Assembly (NCBI GenBank): GCA_001643675.2
Contig: LSRY02000053.1
Coordinates: 538,329-602,328 of the forward strand
Reading direction: 5' to 3'
Origin: Monocercomonoides exilis PA203
Taxonomy: Eukaryota; Protista; Preaxostyla
DNA: 64,000 bases
Part shown: positions 26,301-36,312 of the stretch, piece after piece
Numbering within the stretch: the stretch's first letter is position 1
How the letters are laid out: each line of letters opens with the position of its first letter
Notes under the pieces: model-generated
Told to the model about the DNA's origin: nothing
Database searches by the model: none
The model's input: the letters and a program-made list of their open reading frames with translations, nothing else
Position numbers and translations under genes: made by a program

Positions 26301-26488
26301 TTTCAGAAGGGTGTGGAAGCCGGCCAGCGCTTGTCGAGATAAAGCGTGAATTCATCCAGCGGTTCCCTGCTGGAGCAGTGATTCTGACAATTTCTGATGC
26401 GATTGACATTAACAGCGAATCAGATAATGAGTATGAATCAAGTGAAAAGAGAACAGATGAGGTTATTGCTTGTTCTGGTGGAATGTGA
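17369..26488 (+). CDS. Giant (~3030 aa) single-pass surface receptor-like protein: Cys/Gly-rich repetitive ectodomain (GGAI/GGGI, CG....PC modules), TM helix, degenerate kinase-like tail
   Basis: Uninterrupted 3039-aa ORF (true start may be ATG 17408). TM WVLIVIIMAAVLLIILIALVIFVV is followed by basic RWKKQKRR. The tail has WKAPELF...VFSIGMMLWECLTLQIPF...RP (kinase subdomains VIII-XI) but no recognisable VAIK/HRD/DFG. Confidence 0.9.
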   Translation: MKHKNVIFRYQTIMNILFLKVFCCLKNSNEIIKSQDSFFLQNGCEKPTTNCANIFETGAYYKEKEHNYFESSNNQSLIVSNPSNFGAFLTEIKCNVKETNSTIRVLSLRFKSFVSKNIISIDTCSKCNFEQITIAASKNMKVSPFHCLGLFNLFNVSYQSPKYQPMSSLFSTSLTASLILSESTFSNNVILNCGSILHSGCCNSEVISKCSFFNITRYHLTNYEKERCGILKSVLDNCHICDLTNALEGGIICGTVHSSSFSSTNSSFINNMRIENLLNKKNRLSTTETQFFELSEWINETAECGGALYVHDSPNTTLSVHNSSFFYCKATKTYGGGIFAKNVSEVATNNSIFKNCSCAMLESDGGGGGSCFNKILINAFASNCLFEDCWSGNDGGGISVWYCSCQIQDACLIGCLFNNCSGNSETSSAGGACDIVYNFLKKCCISCCFMNSVSKNGGGAMYVDDNMISQEMQLFFCFFHNNFAKTVGHDVILLNAIKNLIDETCVSTRSMNNRVTTSWSIESDKSEWLPNNFNNFRFVTSIQNHSNAKDTYSCGLNESCACLTISHCLTQMIVGFVEEIKVLSGIVVEGKGIDVGEKTITVNGISPAGSSIETNFKGNGLCLFCVGTGELSVSDLSVVHNTSYENNRQCRLFEVEGSGLMDVKRMNISMDAAHSEERSIQNSLVKVDGGELKMLDVRWGRTFGTTSVISLSQGSSASLYLDNGVFSNIVRTTAGSSLMSVGEGSQLITVEGCTIDESGSVDSDFGGGVMIEMGNVGSLTMNGGVIRNCYASTIQGRGGGIGLKVKDTDAEFQISSAFEGNRAKWGSDIFVDSINLESIAKSGKITLLTASFETINKIRGLDNGDDSIPIPLCAYLISLPDEIFVSNIDAFNHSLCGFAEFPCLTLKHCLTRQEEEKKIVIDGMIEVKNELTFDSLKHTIRGKDGNSGWKVIDDSDGSEGSMITVDTNANLRSLIFSVPSTLPNHEIFFSSSSQSFSFDSCSLSFQDSQSALSYVFLSVSAGDVSVSSFVVLSLIIGNCPLVNLDGRNAAGTFTSISVEDMSSIANSVLFGVANGASLTIKDSTLSVKAYSQKDLPSESIRVICTNSAKFLKLTSNKISGFKGDGENGGAVECTLWKECSLEIDGGMMSGCESKGGNGGGLCVEMEEGSAFAVGNMTNANKVNEITSNVESNLFQLENCKAMQTADGGCGYGGGIYLHLADGTSSFTLKDVSFSGCDAQEGKEIFINVNDLWLVIDRRSIGFEVDLNNFSKLNGFERSTLNEAFAIPLVVYLWDNFSKSAFVGGLSSHDFSKCGFEEFPCSSISKAVTIHFEGKKKNVALLEPFVFEEELGMTSNEWSIASKENEMKCEVSDQKKGTQNGLIESSVSASMTGIVFSLRKSLISHESVFECHSGKLTLNECGIEGGSESISAVFVKAVGGVVEVIEFASERVAKWSSSIFIVEGNSESVPSMNMTNGNFGEIAFGGGCVVECHNGNIEKITGCSFSSISRSKGSGGCVSVSNNGDENRDYKVEMFDCTFEGCSVVGEEEEIGGGALFCETFAKTNIVVSRCTFFCCTAPHEEENVGYGGGIIMKILRDEEVNFVISSPVFSSGKPNSANYGKDLFVSSSSLIKSIKNETLPFVNDKLEMLTEDSMRGYDGGNKECAIPLIYFWKSIGSSVYVAEEGYNVVVCGLLDYPCRSVDYGMNRIHSSTVEQMTIHGVCDVRSVIEMSGMKVEGTNMESDKIQFAQTLEGDEDAAVECKGVVLFNEVGILIPSHFDNEASILIQTGTDAIKTSVVSCSIHSLDDAEGELSFVLISASKGIVEIEKTKISGFSSTHEVMSISAYCAVLMNNATFEDISLSGKSVLVLTESVTSGSRNDNSEEEWNILFGQCTFVNVNHSTTNYPSLLCCDVPNEVRLIIENSTIDSCGSASSNEGGGVFFLLNERGKLEMNHTNVRECFCSNAGRGGGMFLKSQSVSQKALPFVLSNITFRRNVASKGRDVFVKCTDLDSQISESQFLINFGEPFVKDLAIWGCTSDNYGDEEDLLRKVFIFRSEFIFVSSIVENSSNSKQCGEMKGACSSLNVGVSHIIPSAFSQLFIWNETTLTCSCSAQNVTIKSMESNRNSEIKVREINLGDKEAVTTSGSVRFEKVLFFFDGAQNVICSCLIHQLSGSLILESVSFHSESRTTENSHILFDASLIVVEDGLFEANRCSVDHLKFSNPVFQILHSKKATFEDVRVDDVECKSSLIECGKNDKVSVSKLAAANIGLEEESLISLKNIHSSLVLSLMVSSFTNISRSTCGSCIVCTSQPMSGFEMCNCSFQECSSYSPKGSQVAIISAEKILMESCMFEGSLASVAEWNVISDELCKWNGSVVDLSKSEAVVRDTTICNSSKGGISVSGGSVMIEAGNFSNNNPKIAKYPSIRRNVICFDDGELNFESLKGGDGLKDNTSLWVLNKGCRFGGLISERASSFFIPALESVTANEEGAEVKLVFKGMLLLPCNLSFIIVRQIYDEKQIEKFSFDESRFESEKEVIGRLAKKTIFDADEEAEVKACVQFGSKDAPFQTKEFILKNKSETQANRNEILVEGGKEGKSSWVLIVIIMAAVLLIILIALVIFVVRWKKQKRRTQELEVIVEDTVRKDPKLIEMVTMEMSPEAEWRRAEREAERKNEDRRKKRVYEKSLVHSESSEHLLSESGSTEYILGRDSDNIPQWMLEKVDDEEEARKRTPSPSISSTSTTSTTDSDSTFVRSESLCPTTSSMSNLVDAMACSSPHEKLIVDLRDSLFMLLHGRNEKKEMAIGTLQEREATAAQILFWVANLALHSFDEMENPLSSLANLSPHIILFSEHMVICIAMHSDCSSDSDSSSISSSIVVTSDSDDNDDSLPSSAFEDDEDNRKECMRWKAPELFIDKKMGATKESVVFSIGMMLWECLTLQIPFGEFEAEAAAQKIVNGERPKLESIRESSMRGIVEHCFSEGCGSRPALVEIKREFIQRFPAGAVILTISDAIDINSESDNEYESSEKRTDEVIACSGGM

Positions 26489-27560
26489 TAGTGTGAATAC
26501 TGAGATAAAAAGAAAGCAAGACGCATGAGTGTCCTTATGCAGCTACTGCGTCATAGTCAGCACAATCTCTCAGAGAAGCAAAGACAAGCCGAAAACAACT
26601 TTAACGCTCATCACACATCTAACACAAAGAAGGATTAAAAGAGAAATTTGAAATGGAATATTTACAGCAATTGAATAATCACACACGTTTGATATAAAAA
26701 TATACCTCAGAAAGGGACAAGAAAAATGCAACAACCTTACGGATGGAGTTGATGCGTGATATAATTGTGCGTTATTTAATAATGAAATGTCCTGCTAAAA
26801 TTTTTTAAATTTAATTTGATCTCTTCTTAATTTAATGTTTTCAATGCTATTGCTTTCGAATTGAACATTTAATAAGCCTGTATTTATAACAATAAAATAA
26901 AATGGATAAACATATTTTTTAAAATGTTTTTATAGGGACAGAATTTATTCCAGTTGCATTGAATTATTACCATTAAAATTTTTCTTTCTGGTATATCTTT
27001 AAATAGTAGCATAAAAAAAGGGAGAAGATTTGAATTAAGGAGTGTATAATAATAAAATTGTGTGATTTTTTGGTTCCATAATTATTCTGCTAGATTTTCT
27101 GGATATAAAGATACTAAGTGCTAAAATATCGTTAATTATTAAATAAGGGAAACCAAATAATTCATCTGGAAAACAATGTGAAAGATTTTCTTTCCTCGAA
27201 GCTTGACGATTTTTTCAAAATATTAATTTGGCTATTCTGTGCCTTTATGGAAGAGATAATATAAAGATGAATGACTCCAACTGATTGTTGAAAACGAATG
27301 AAAGTCAAATGATGGCCTCTTCATTGAAAATCTGCTTCAACTTTTTTCACAAACTTTATGGGGGGAAAAAATGGTCAACTTGCAACCAGTTTTGAACATT
27401 GTTTTGCCATTGCTGAATAAGATTAGCCTTTGTGTCAAGCCTTTTTGTTGTGCAGAATATGCCTCCTTGCGAAGACATTTTGAGCGTTCTATGCAATAGA
27501 AAACATTTCTCTCTAAAAATCTCATTCCTCTTATAAAGCACTTCTTTCCTTCTTTTTGTT
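18977..27560. repeat. Right arm of the ~8.58-kb inverted repeat (partner 36-8616)
   Basis: Begins at AGATTTGTTACC inside the receptor CDS and runs ~1.07 kb past the stop codon. Identity with the left arm ends abruptly at both ends. Confidence 0.97.
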
Positions 27561-27861
27561 GTATGTTCTTTCCAAAAATCAATATTTGAGCATGACAAAA
27601 ATTGAAGTTCACAGCAAGTTTTGATTTCTGCAATGTGATTTCAGAAATCTTAGAATTTTCGTTAAAATTTAGAATCATTTGAATTCTGTTCAAAAAGAAA
27701 TATAATTTATTTTGCTTCTTCAAAGATATGGAGTTATTGACAAAATATGACAAAACAATTTTTTTTTCCAGATTTTTCCAGATTTTTAAGCTTTTTGAGA
27801 TAAAACAAATATATTCTTAAAATTCACATAAAGCATTTTCACTTTTAAAAAAGGATAAAAA

Positions 27862-30800
27862 TCAAATTTCCTTTTCAACAAAATCTAAACAATGTAGGAT
27901 ATGTCTCAAATGGAATATTTTATCATCTTCATTTTTCCATCCACATATAGCGCTTGTGCAAACATCAAGCAATGCTGATTTTTCTTTGATTGAATTGTCA
28001 GCTGTTTTATTCTCTGATGAACGTAATGAAACTTTTTCATTGTCAACCCCCTTCAAAGATTGCTTTTCCAATTCCCAGTTCATTATTTCTTCAAGCCATT
28101 CCTTCACTATTTCATGACTTTTTCTAATTATTTCCTTTAATTTATTCAAAGAAAAGAAGCTCTCTGTTGAGTTATCATTTCCTCTTTGCTTCGAATCTTC
28201 CAAGAAACCCCGCTTTAAATTATCTGAATTTTCATTGTTATTGGCTTGCATTACATCGTTGAATGAACTTTGTTGCAAGAAATGAGACAAATGCTGAACA
28301 CATTCACAAAGAACTGCTTCTCTTCCGCTCATCCTCCACAGAAGCTGCTCATTCAGCAGCGCAGCCTCTTTCATTCCATTCAGAACTTTCCCGCAAAAGT
28401 AGGATGAAAACAAGGCAGAAGAAAAGAACGATGAGAAGAAGGATTCAACAACAGGAGGAAGAGTAAGCTGCTGGTATGAATAAAACGATGGATGAGAACT
28501 CATCAACAGTTCTGGAGAAAGGGCAGGAGAATCCACCGACGAAGTAAATGTGCATGGAGATGGTGGAGATGATGATGCATTTTGATTGAAAGAAGCACCA
28601 CGAAACGAAGAAGCAGGAACAAATGCTGTGGAAGTTGATGGTAAAATTGTTTGAACAAAAGCACGAGATGAAGAAGAAGAGTTGTACGAATGAAGATTCT
28701 GCACTTGAGATTTTGAGGATGGCATTGAATGCAAAGAAGAAGACGAAGAAGAATCAACAGAAGATAAAAATGGTATTGGAGATTGAATGGGTGAAAGTGA
28801 ATGAGAAGAGCGAGGAACTGAAGAAGGTTGTGCTTGCAGGCAAGAGCTGGTTGTGTATGGCTTTTTGGATATGACAGTGGATACCCAAGGAAGGGCAGAG
28901 ACGATTGGGTGGATGTACTGGTGATGGGAAGCAACAGGTGCAGGCAGCTGAGAAGAAGGGAGAACAGAGGCAAAGGAAGAAGAAGACGCAAATGTGGAGG
29001 GAAAACCAGAGTGAATGGAACAGTCGCAGGACAAAGGAGGAATGAACAGCTGAGAACGAGAAAAAGGAGGAGGTTGGCGGAGCGAAGAGGGAGAGAAAGC
29101 AAAGAAAAGAAGAGATTGGACAACTTCTGAAGGGAAAGTCGATGTTAAAGGAAGAAATGGAGAAATGGAGAATAGTGAAGAATCAATTATTTGATCGGCA
29201 GAATCACGATGATTTGAAAAAGAAGAAGAAGAAGTGTTCGCCTTCAGCTCTTGTTTTTGCGGATCTATTTGATCATTTTGCTTTGTTTGAGCATGACTGA
29301 CTGCTCTTTCAGCTTGAATTGCAACTGATTCCTTTGGGCAAAGTGGAGATCGCACAAAGTGAAGGAAAGAAAGAGGAAACGAAGGATGGAACGAAAAGCT
29401 GAACGGACAAACAGACGAAAGAAGATGGCGACGAAGTATTTTCTTTTGCATTGTCAAAGAAGAAGGTGGAGTTGTCTCTTTTTCGTTTTTCTGTTTTGCT
29501 TCTTTCAATTTCAGAGAACGTAAGAAAATGTCAATGTATTTTTCATCAATATCACAATCTTCCTCTTTGTTGTCATCCAATCCATGAATTGAATGGCATT
29601 CGAACGAATCATCTTTTTCTTTGCTGCAATTTTCTTCTCCTTCATTTTTCGTCTCATCTTCCACATCGACAGTATCTTGGCAATGAATATTCTTTTCCTC
29701 TTTTTCTTGTTCTTTCTCTTTCTCTCCCCTCCTCTTCCCTTCCAAACTGAATCCTCTGTACTTAATCCTCCACAGCCCATCCAGCACACTCAGCGTCGTC
29801 TGCGTCATCGCCATCAGCTCATCTCGAATGAGGCTGTCTGCGCCGTGTGAGCCAACCCCCTTTTCTCTCACTCGCTCAGCCAGTTGGGTGGAGGGAAGGA
29901 AGACAGAAGAATGCTTTGTGTATATTTCTCCGCCTCTGTTTTGGAGAGAGGGAGAGGCACAGCGAGAGGGAGAGGAGGAAAAGATGGGATAAGAAAGGGA
30001 CGAAGACGAGGAAGAATTAGAAGTTGATGAAGATGACGAAGAAGAAGGTGGATTAGAAGATGAAGAAGTGAATAAAGGAGATGATATCTTTGATGCAAAA
30101 GAAGATTGACTTCCTTCTGAATTCGAATACGAATGATTCGAATTCGATGCATTCCCTTTCTGTTTTGCTGTCTGCTGTTCAGAGGAGATGATGCCAGGCG
30201 CTGAGAAGGCCTCGTTCTCGTCTTCAGACGTGTCAGTGAGCTTGATGATGGTCCAATCTGAGTGAGTTGTGAGGAAAAGCGGGTTGGTCACCCCAATCAC
30301 ACGCGGATGGGTGGATGAATTGATGACGTAGCTTCGATCGGGAGAAGGATAATTGGGAGAAGGAAAAGAGGAGGAGGAGGAGGAAGATATTGATGGAATA
30401 GACGGTTGAATACCAGTAAATGCAGAAGAAGATGAAGACGAAGAAGAACTTTGTGCTGGTTTGTGTTTCTTTTTCTCTTTTTTGTCTTTTGTTTTCGAAT
30501 TCGATTTTTTGTTCTGAGTGTTTGTAGTGATGGGAGAAGTGGATGGAGAGAAAGTGATAGCTTGATAGCCAACTTTCTGTTTCGCGTCTTCCGTTGGCAG
30601 ATTACTCTGTGTCGTTGTCTTCTTTCCATTTGAGACAGTTTCTGAATGTGTTGCGTTTCTCTCGCTATTTCCAATGGACATAGTTTTGGAGTGCTTATTG
30701 CTTTCAACAAATGTATTGGCTGAAGTTGATGGAGAGAGGAATTTCTGCTCTTCAGATGTTCCTTTGTTGCTTTTGGTTGAAGCAGAAATATTCGCTTTTC

Positions 30801-33800
30801 CATTTAACTTTGTTTGTTCTGATTCGTTTTTAAAAGAAGAAAAAGCTTCATCTTTATAAACTTCTTCTTTTTCTTCTTTTATTTCCTTCTCCTCCCCAAC
30901 TTCATCATCATCATCTTCTTCTTCTTCATATTCCTTCCTCATCTGTATCGCATTTGTATACAGCCTCACATCCCTCACATATGGAACAGGCAGAGTGAGG
31001 CTGATCAAAACAGACACGAAGTTCTTCACTCTTTCAACAGACTTCGAATAGACAAGAATTGGCTCTTCTGTCATTAGGAGCTCCCAGAGAAGATAGAGCT
31101 GATCTAAAAAGGGGGAGAGGAGGAGAGAAAGAGAGAGGACGGAGGAGGAGGAGGAGGAATAGCAAGTGGAGGAAGAGGAAGAGGAAGATGGAGATGGAGA
31201 AGAGGAAGGAGAAGGAGCAGGAGAAAAAGATGATGATGTTGTTGTTGTTGTTGAAGTGTTTGCAGATGAATGAAGTGAAGCTGATGTGGTTGAATATCCA
31301 GAATGTGAAGACGAAACAGGAGCAGTTGTTAAATCCTTCGGCTTCTGCACATTTTGAGCATTTTGCGAATTTTGTGTCGAATTTGCAGAATTTGCCGAAT
31401 TCACTTTTTGTCTGTTTATTTCTTCATCTTTTGCTCTTGTTCTGCGAGAGGAGTGGAGAAGCTGAGGAGGAGCTGCGACAGAAAGTGGAATGAGATCAGA
31501 AAGAGAAGGAATCAACAGAGAAACATTCACGTGGAGGGAGATGTCGATGAACAGCATCTGCAGAAGAGAAGGAAGAGGAGAAGAAGAATGAGAAGGAGAG
31601 GAAGGAGAAGAAGGAGGATGATGTGAAGAGTTTGAAGAACTTGACATGTTTTGAGATTGAAATGAATCGGAATTTGAAATGCTCTCATTTGAAGTGCTTT
31701 TTCCAGCAAGACGCAAACATAATTTGGCATCTTCCTCTTTCTTTTCAGGTGTGGAATGGAAAGATGAAATATCATTAGAAGAAGCTGAAATGTTTGGAGA
31801 AGGAAGCAGAAGAGGCGAGTTTGTGTCATCCTTTTGGAGAGGAGAAGGCGAAAGAGAAAGAAACTTCTGATGCATTTGAGGAGATAAGGAGTCAGGTGTG
31901 TGTGGAGGAGAGGAATGGGGTGTGGTGTGGGAGTGAAGTGGGTTGAGAGAGGAAGATGAACAAGAGGAAAAGGATGAGGAAGAAGAAGAGGAAGAGGAAG
32001 AAGAAGAAGAAGAGGAAGAAGAGGATAATGAAGATGATGATGAGGGAGAAGAAGAAGATGTTGTTGTTGTTGTTGTTGTTGATATTGACAATAAAGAAGA
32101 TGAAGAAACAGGAGCCAGAGGAGAGACGATGATCAGAGGAAGAGGAGGAGTGGAAGAAGAGGAAGAAGAAGGCGACTGATTGGAAGGGGTGTCTGTTGAG
32201 GAGTCGTCAGTGATCGAAATGGAATGGCAGGAAGAAGGCGAAAAGGCAGATTGGTTTGAAGAAGAAGAAGAATAAGAAAAGGATTTTGGATAAGGAATAG
32301 CATCGTCAGATGAGGAAGACGGGGAGGAAGAGGAGGTTAGTTTCAATTCGACAAAATCAACATGGTTCTGATTGTATTCTTTTTCTTGTTCGTTTTTGTT
32401 CATTTGGCATTCAGATGTGTTTTTGTTAGAATCACTTGAAGTTTCTAACAAAGTTTCTTTTTTTTCTGTTTTTCTGTGTAAAAATGCCTCTTTTGTTTTA
32501 TTCTCTTCATTTGCTTCATTTTCTGTGTGTATCTCTTCTAAACAGGGCAAATTCATCTGCTGGCAAGTTGAGTCAAACATGTGCAATTCAGCCAGGAGAC
32601 TGCAAAGTGACGATATCATCCCATCTTCATCCCATTCGCTTTCTCTGTCGCTTTCTTCCCCTTCAACACAAATGGAATCTTTGGTTATAGCTTCTTTCAC
32701 TTCTTCGTTTTCTTCTTCTTTGTTTTGATTTTCTTCATTGTTTTCGTCTTTTGGCATTTCATCTGCTCCATCTACTCCATTTATCCTTTGCCGTTCTTCT
32801 TCTTCTTCTTCTTCTTTTTCTTCACCCTCTCTTTCTCCTTCCTTCCTCTCCTTCCTCTCTTTCTCTCCTTCCTTCTCCTTCTTCTCTCTCCTCTCTCTCC
32901 TCTCTCTCATCTGCTCTGTCTTCCTCGAGAAAGGCCAGCCAGCAACAGGCAGAACACACAAACTGCGCGGCGGCTGAAGATGAAGCGGATGAAGAAAATG
33001 GAAGCGCCGCGGATTAAACGAAGCAAACATCTGCTTTGTGGCAGAGATGAGGGAGGAGAAGACGCCAGAAGAAGAGGGAAAAGAAGAGGAAGAAGAGGAG
33101 GAGGAGGAGGAAGAGGAAGATGAATATGAAGAAGAAGAAGAAGAAGATGATGATGATGATAGCAATGAAACTGATAACGAAGAAGAAGAAGAAGAAGAAG
33201 CAGGAAAAGCAGAGAGAGAATGTGAATGATGAGTTGAAATGCCATTTTCTGATGTGGAAGAGGCAATGAAATGCTTTTCAGTCGCTTTGGATTGAATGGA
33301 AGGGGCGACAGAAACGAGAGGAAGGGAGTGTGGATCTTCAGTAGACGACTGAGAGAGGGAAATGGCGTTGTGCAGAGAAGCAGAGGGCGAAGGAGAGGCG
33401 AAATGGAAAGAGGAAAACGAGACAGCGGGTGTATGTGAGGGGAAGGATGGGTCAGAAGGAGATGTGTTGTGATGGAGAGAAGAAAAGGATTTATCAGAAG
33501 TGGAAGAAGGAGAAGATGGCGATGATGAGGATGATGATGAAGTGGATGGAGAAGATGTTGAAATGGACGAAGCTGCAAGTATTTTCGCTTTCTGCATCAG
33601 ATGGTGATCAACAATGGCACGCGGCTTGCTTTCGGAAAGGAGCTTTTTCGGAGATGTGGAATGTGAATGTTTTGTTTGAGAAGAAGAAGAAGAAGAAGAC
33701 TTTGAGGCAGAAGAGGAGATGTGAGAGGAGACGGACGAGACGGATGAGATGGAGATGAAAGAAGAGGACAGCTGAGCATCTGTCGCTGAGTGGCTCGTGT

Positions 33801-35020
33801 GTTTTCTGCTCTTTTTTGCAGAGCCGAAGAACGAGCCAGAAGAGGAAGAGAGGAACTTGGAGGAAGAGCTGAGAGAAAGTCCTGCCTCGGCTGAAAGCTT
33901 CTGATTGGACACGTTGGAGGACAGGTAATTGGAAGGTGCAGGCGACGAAGATGGAGAAGAAATGGAGGCGTAGGAAGAAGATGAGACTGGAGAATAACTG
34001 CGAGGTGGGGCAGCAGCAGGGAAAGAGATAGGCGAAAAGCAAGACTCGGCTGATGTGCGTGAAGGCACTGAATGCACATGAGACGCTGAGACGCTGCTAT
34101 CTTTAATATTCGCAAGTTTTCTTGTATTTCTGTTCTGAGGATTCGTAAATGACGATTGCTTTCTCTCGATGAGATTCATAAAAGTATCAAGGAAAGTTTC
34201 ATTTTGTGCTTCTGAAAAGCACTTCTTCAAAATTAATTTTATATTTTCCATTTGTGGGCATTCTGCTTTAAGTTGCTCGCTTCTCCAATACGCTTTCAAT
34301 GAACATGTGTTTCTGAACTGTTCATCGATCTCGCTTTTTTCCTTTTCATGATCCTTTAGTTCCAAAAAACAAAGATAATCTAATAAGATTGAATGCGGAT
34401 TAAGTCTAGGAGGAGTTTGTCCAATAAATGAGCGACCGCAAATTCTTAAAATGTATTGCCGAGAGGGATAAGGTTTTTCCCAAAGACAGGAGTCCATAAA
34501 TATTTCTCTGCACACGCTTTCGCGTCCATTGTGAAAAATCGGACCTGAAATTCTGAGTATATCTTCAAAAATGCTAAGAAATGGCAAAGGAGTTACTATG
34601 ACCAATGATCGTTGGTAGAATCCACGCTTCAAAGAAGGATTTGGAAATTGATGAAAATTGACATAGCACCAAAGAAATTTTGTGTTCATCAAAGGATAAG
34701 ATGGAACTTTCTGTTTAATTTTAAAGCAATAATAGTTGTCGCAAGAAGCAGTTGCAGAAGTTTCAGGAAACGACAAAAACGCTCTTAAAAATGTTAATGA
34801 TTTAAAAAAAAGTAAAAAAGAAAATCGCATAATGATACCATATTTAAATGAATTTTTATTTAAAATTTTCAAACATTTCTTGCTGCTCATGCTTTGTAAG
34901 TTCGTTTCCAAAACATTCTTGCATAATATGACCAACTTCAAGATCAAATCCAACAATACATACAGAATGAATCCAGTTGTTTTCTAAAGAACCTTTTTTG
35001 TTCAAAGAACTGGAATCCAT
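27862..35020 (-). CDS. DENND6/FAM116-like DENN-domain Rab GEF with long Ser-rich and acidic insertions; exon 1 35020-34875, intron 34874-34784
   Basis: The spliced N-terminus reads MDSSSLNKKGSLENNWIHSVCIVGFDLEVG...QQEIAFLSFPE, then FHQFPNPSLKRGFYQRSLVIV, LWELLMTEEPILV and IGVTNPLF, all resembling DENND6 motifs. A 91-nt GT-AG intron restores the frame. Confidence 0.85.
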
Positions 35021-35182
35021 AATGTAAGTTTTTGTAATTATCTTATAAATTTAACTATTTAATTTTTTTTATTTTACTAACCATATTTAATAAAAGAATC
35101 TTTAGATGTTACTTTAATGATCAAATATTGATCAACTTCAATTTTATTTTTTTAATTCAAATATATATTTATATTGAAAGTC
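35021..35182. promoter_or_regulatory. Probable compact bidirectional promoter
   Basis: 162-bp very AT-rich spacer between divergent ATGs at 35020 (-) and 35183 (+). Confidence 0.5.
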
Positions 35183-36312
35183 ATGAGCGGAACTCAATTA
35201 CCTCGCTTTAAGTCGTTGTCAATTCTAAATCGCCCTGAATCAAAAGGGGCTGAAATTCAATTGCGCTTGTTTTGTTTTGCGCATGCTGGAGGATCGCCCG
35301 TTGTTGTTTGCTTTATATTTTGTCAGTGAAATTTTTGAATCTTAATGCTTTTTGTATTTATTTTCTTTAGTTTAATACGAGATTTGCAAAATGTTTTCCT
35401 CCATCTGTTCAAGTCATTGGCATTACACTTCCTGGACGTGGTTCGCGATTTGACGAAAAACCGATGGAAGACGTCAAGCTTATTGTATCGTCAATTTTGG
35501 ATGAAATTTCTTCGCTTTTCGTTCTTCCACTTTTCAAGCCTTATATTGTTTATGGGCATAGTTTTGGAGCATGCTGTGCCCTTGAGATGGTAAGGCAGTT
35601 AAGACGACGTGGACTGACTCAGCCCATGCGACTTTTTTGCTCTGGTAGAAATCCACCTCAACTTGGAGTGATTGATCCTCCTGTTTGCCATTTGCCGGAA
35701 GATGAACTTCAACAGCAAATGTTGAAAAGATATGATTCTCCTATTATAACAGATGAGGAACTGAAAAAATTAGCAATACCACCTCTTCGTGCAGATCTTG
35801 TTGCACTTGATGCATATCTCCCTGATCCTTATACTGAATCTGATCCTCCACTATCAGTTCCGCTTAAAGTTCTTGTTGGAGAGCATGATCGAATGGTACC
35901 ATTTGATCGACTTGAACTTTGGAAAGTACACACAACCAGCACTTTTCAAAGGAGCAAGATTGAAGGAGTTGGTCACTTTTTCTACGAAAATGAACGATTT
36001 CAGCAATGGTTAAAGAGGGAGTTGGAAGACGCACTTGACGAAATTGACGATAAGGGAGAGCTTATCACAAGACCTCACCCTGAAGTCATTGGAGGATCGC
36101 CAAAGGAAATGGAATTGTCATCATCATCAGCATCATCAACTTCTTCTTCTTCTTCTTCTTCTTCTCATACAACACACCCTACAAATCGTTTTCATGCTGC
36201 TCCAAAGAGAATGGGATTGCGTTCTATTTCATCTTCTCCATCTTCAACATCACCGAAAGAAACAAAAAAGAAGCCTGCTGAAGAAATGGAAGAAGCATTT
36301 GATTTATGTTAA
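35183..36312 (+). CDS. Type II thioesterase (GrsT/OLAH-like alpha/beta hydrolase); intron 35306-35370
   Basis: Spliced product has LFCFAHAGGSP, LPGRGSRF, the GHSFG nucleophile elbow, LRADL and GHFF (catalytic His). A 65-nt phase-0 GT-AG intron joins exon 1 to ORF 35464-36312. Confidence 0.9.

Noticed and set aside
36-27560. The 8.6-kb inverted arms as TIRs of a giant transposon (Polinton/Maverick-like)
   Set aside because: The arms are host receptor coding sequence, there is no adjacent TSD, and no polymerase, integrase or capsid genes lie between them.
28263-34115. Many overlapping Glu/Arg/Leu-rich ORFs
   Set aside because: Shadow frames of the low-complexity DENND6-like CDS.
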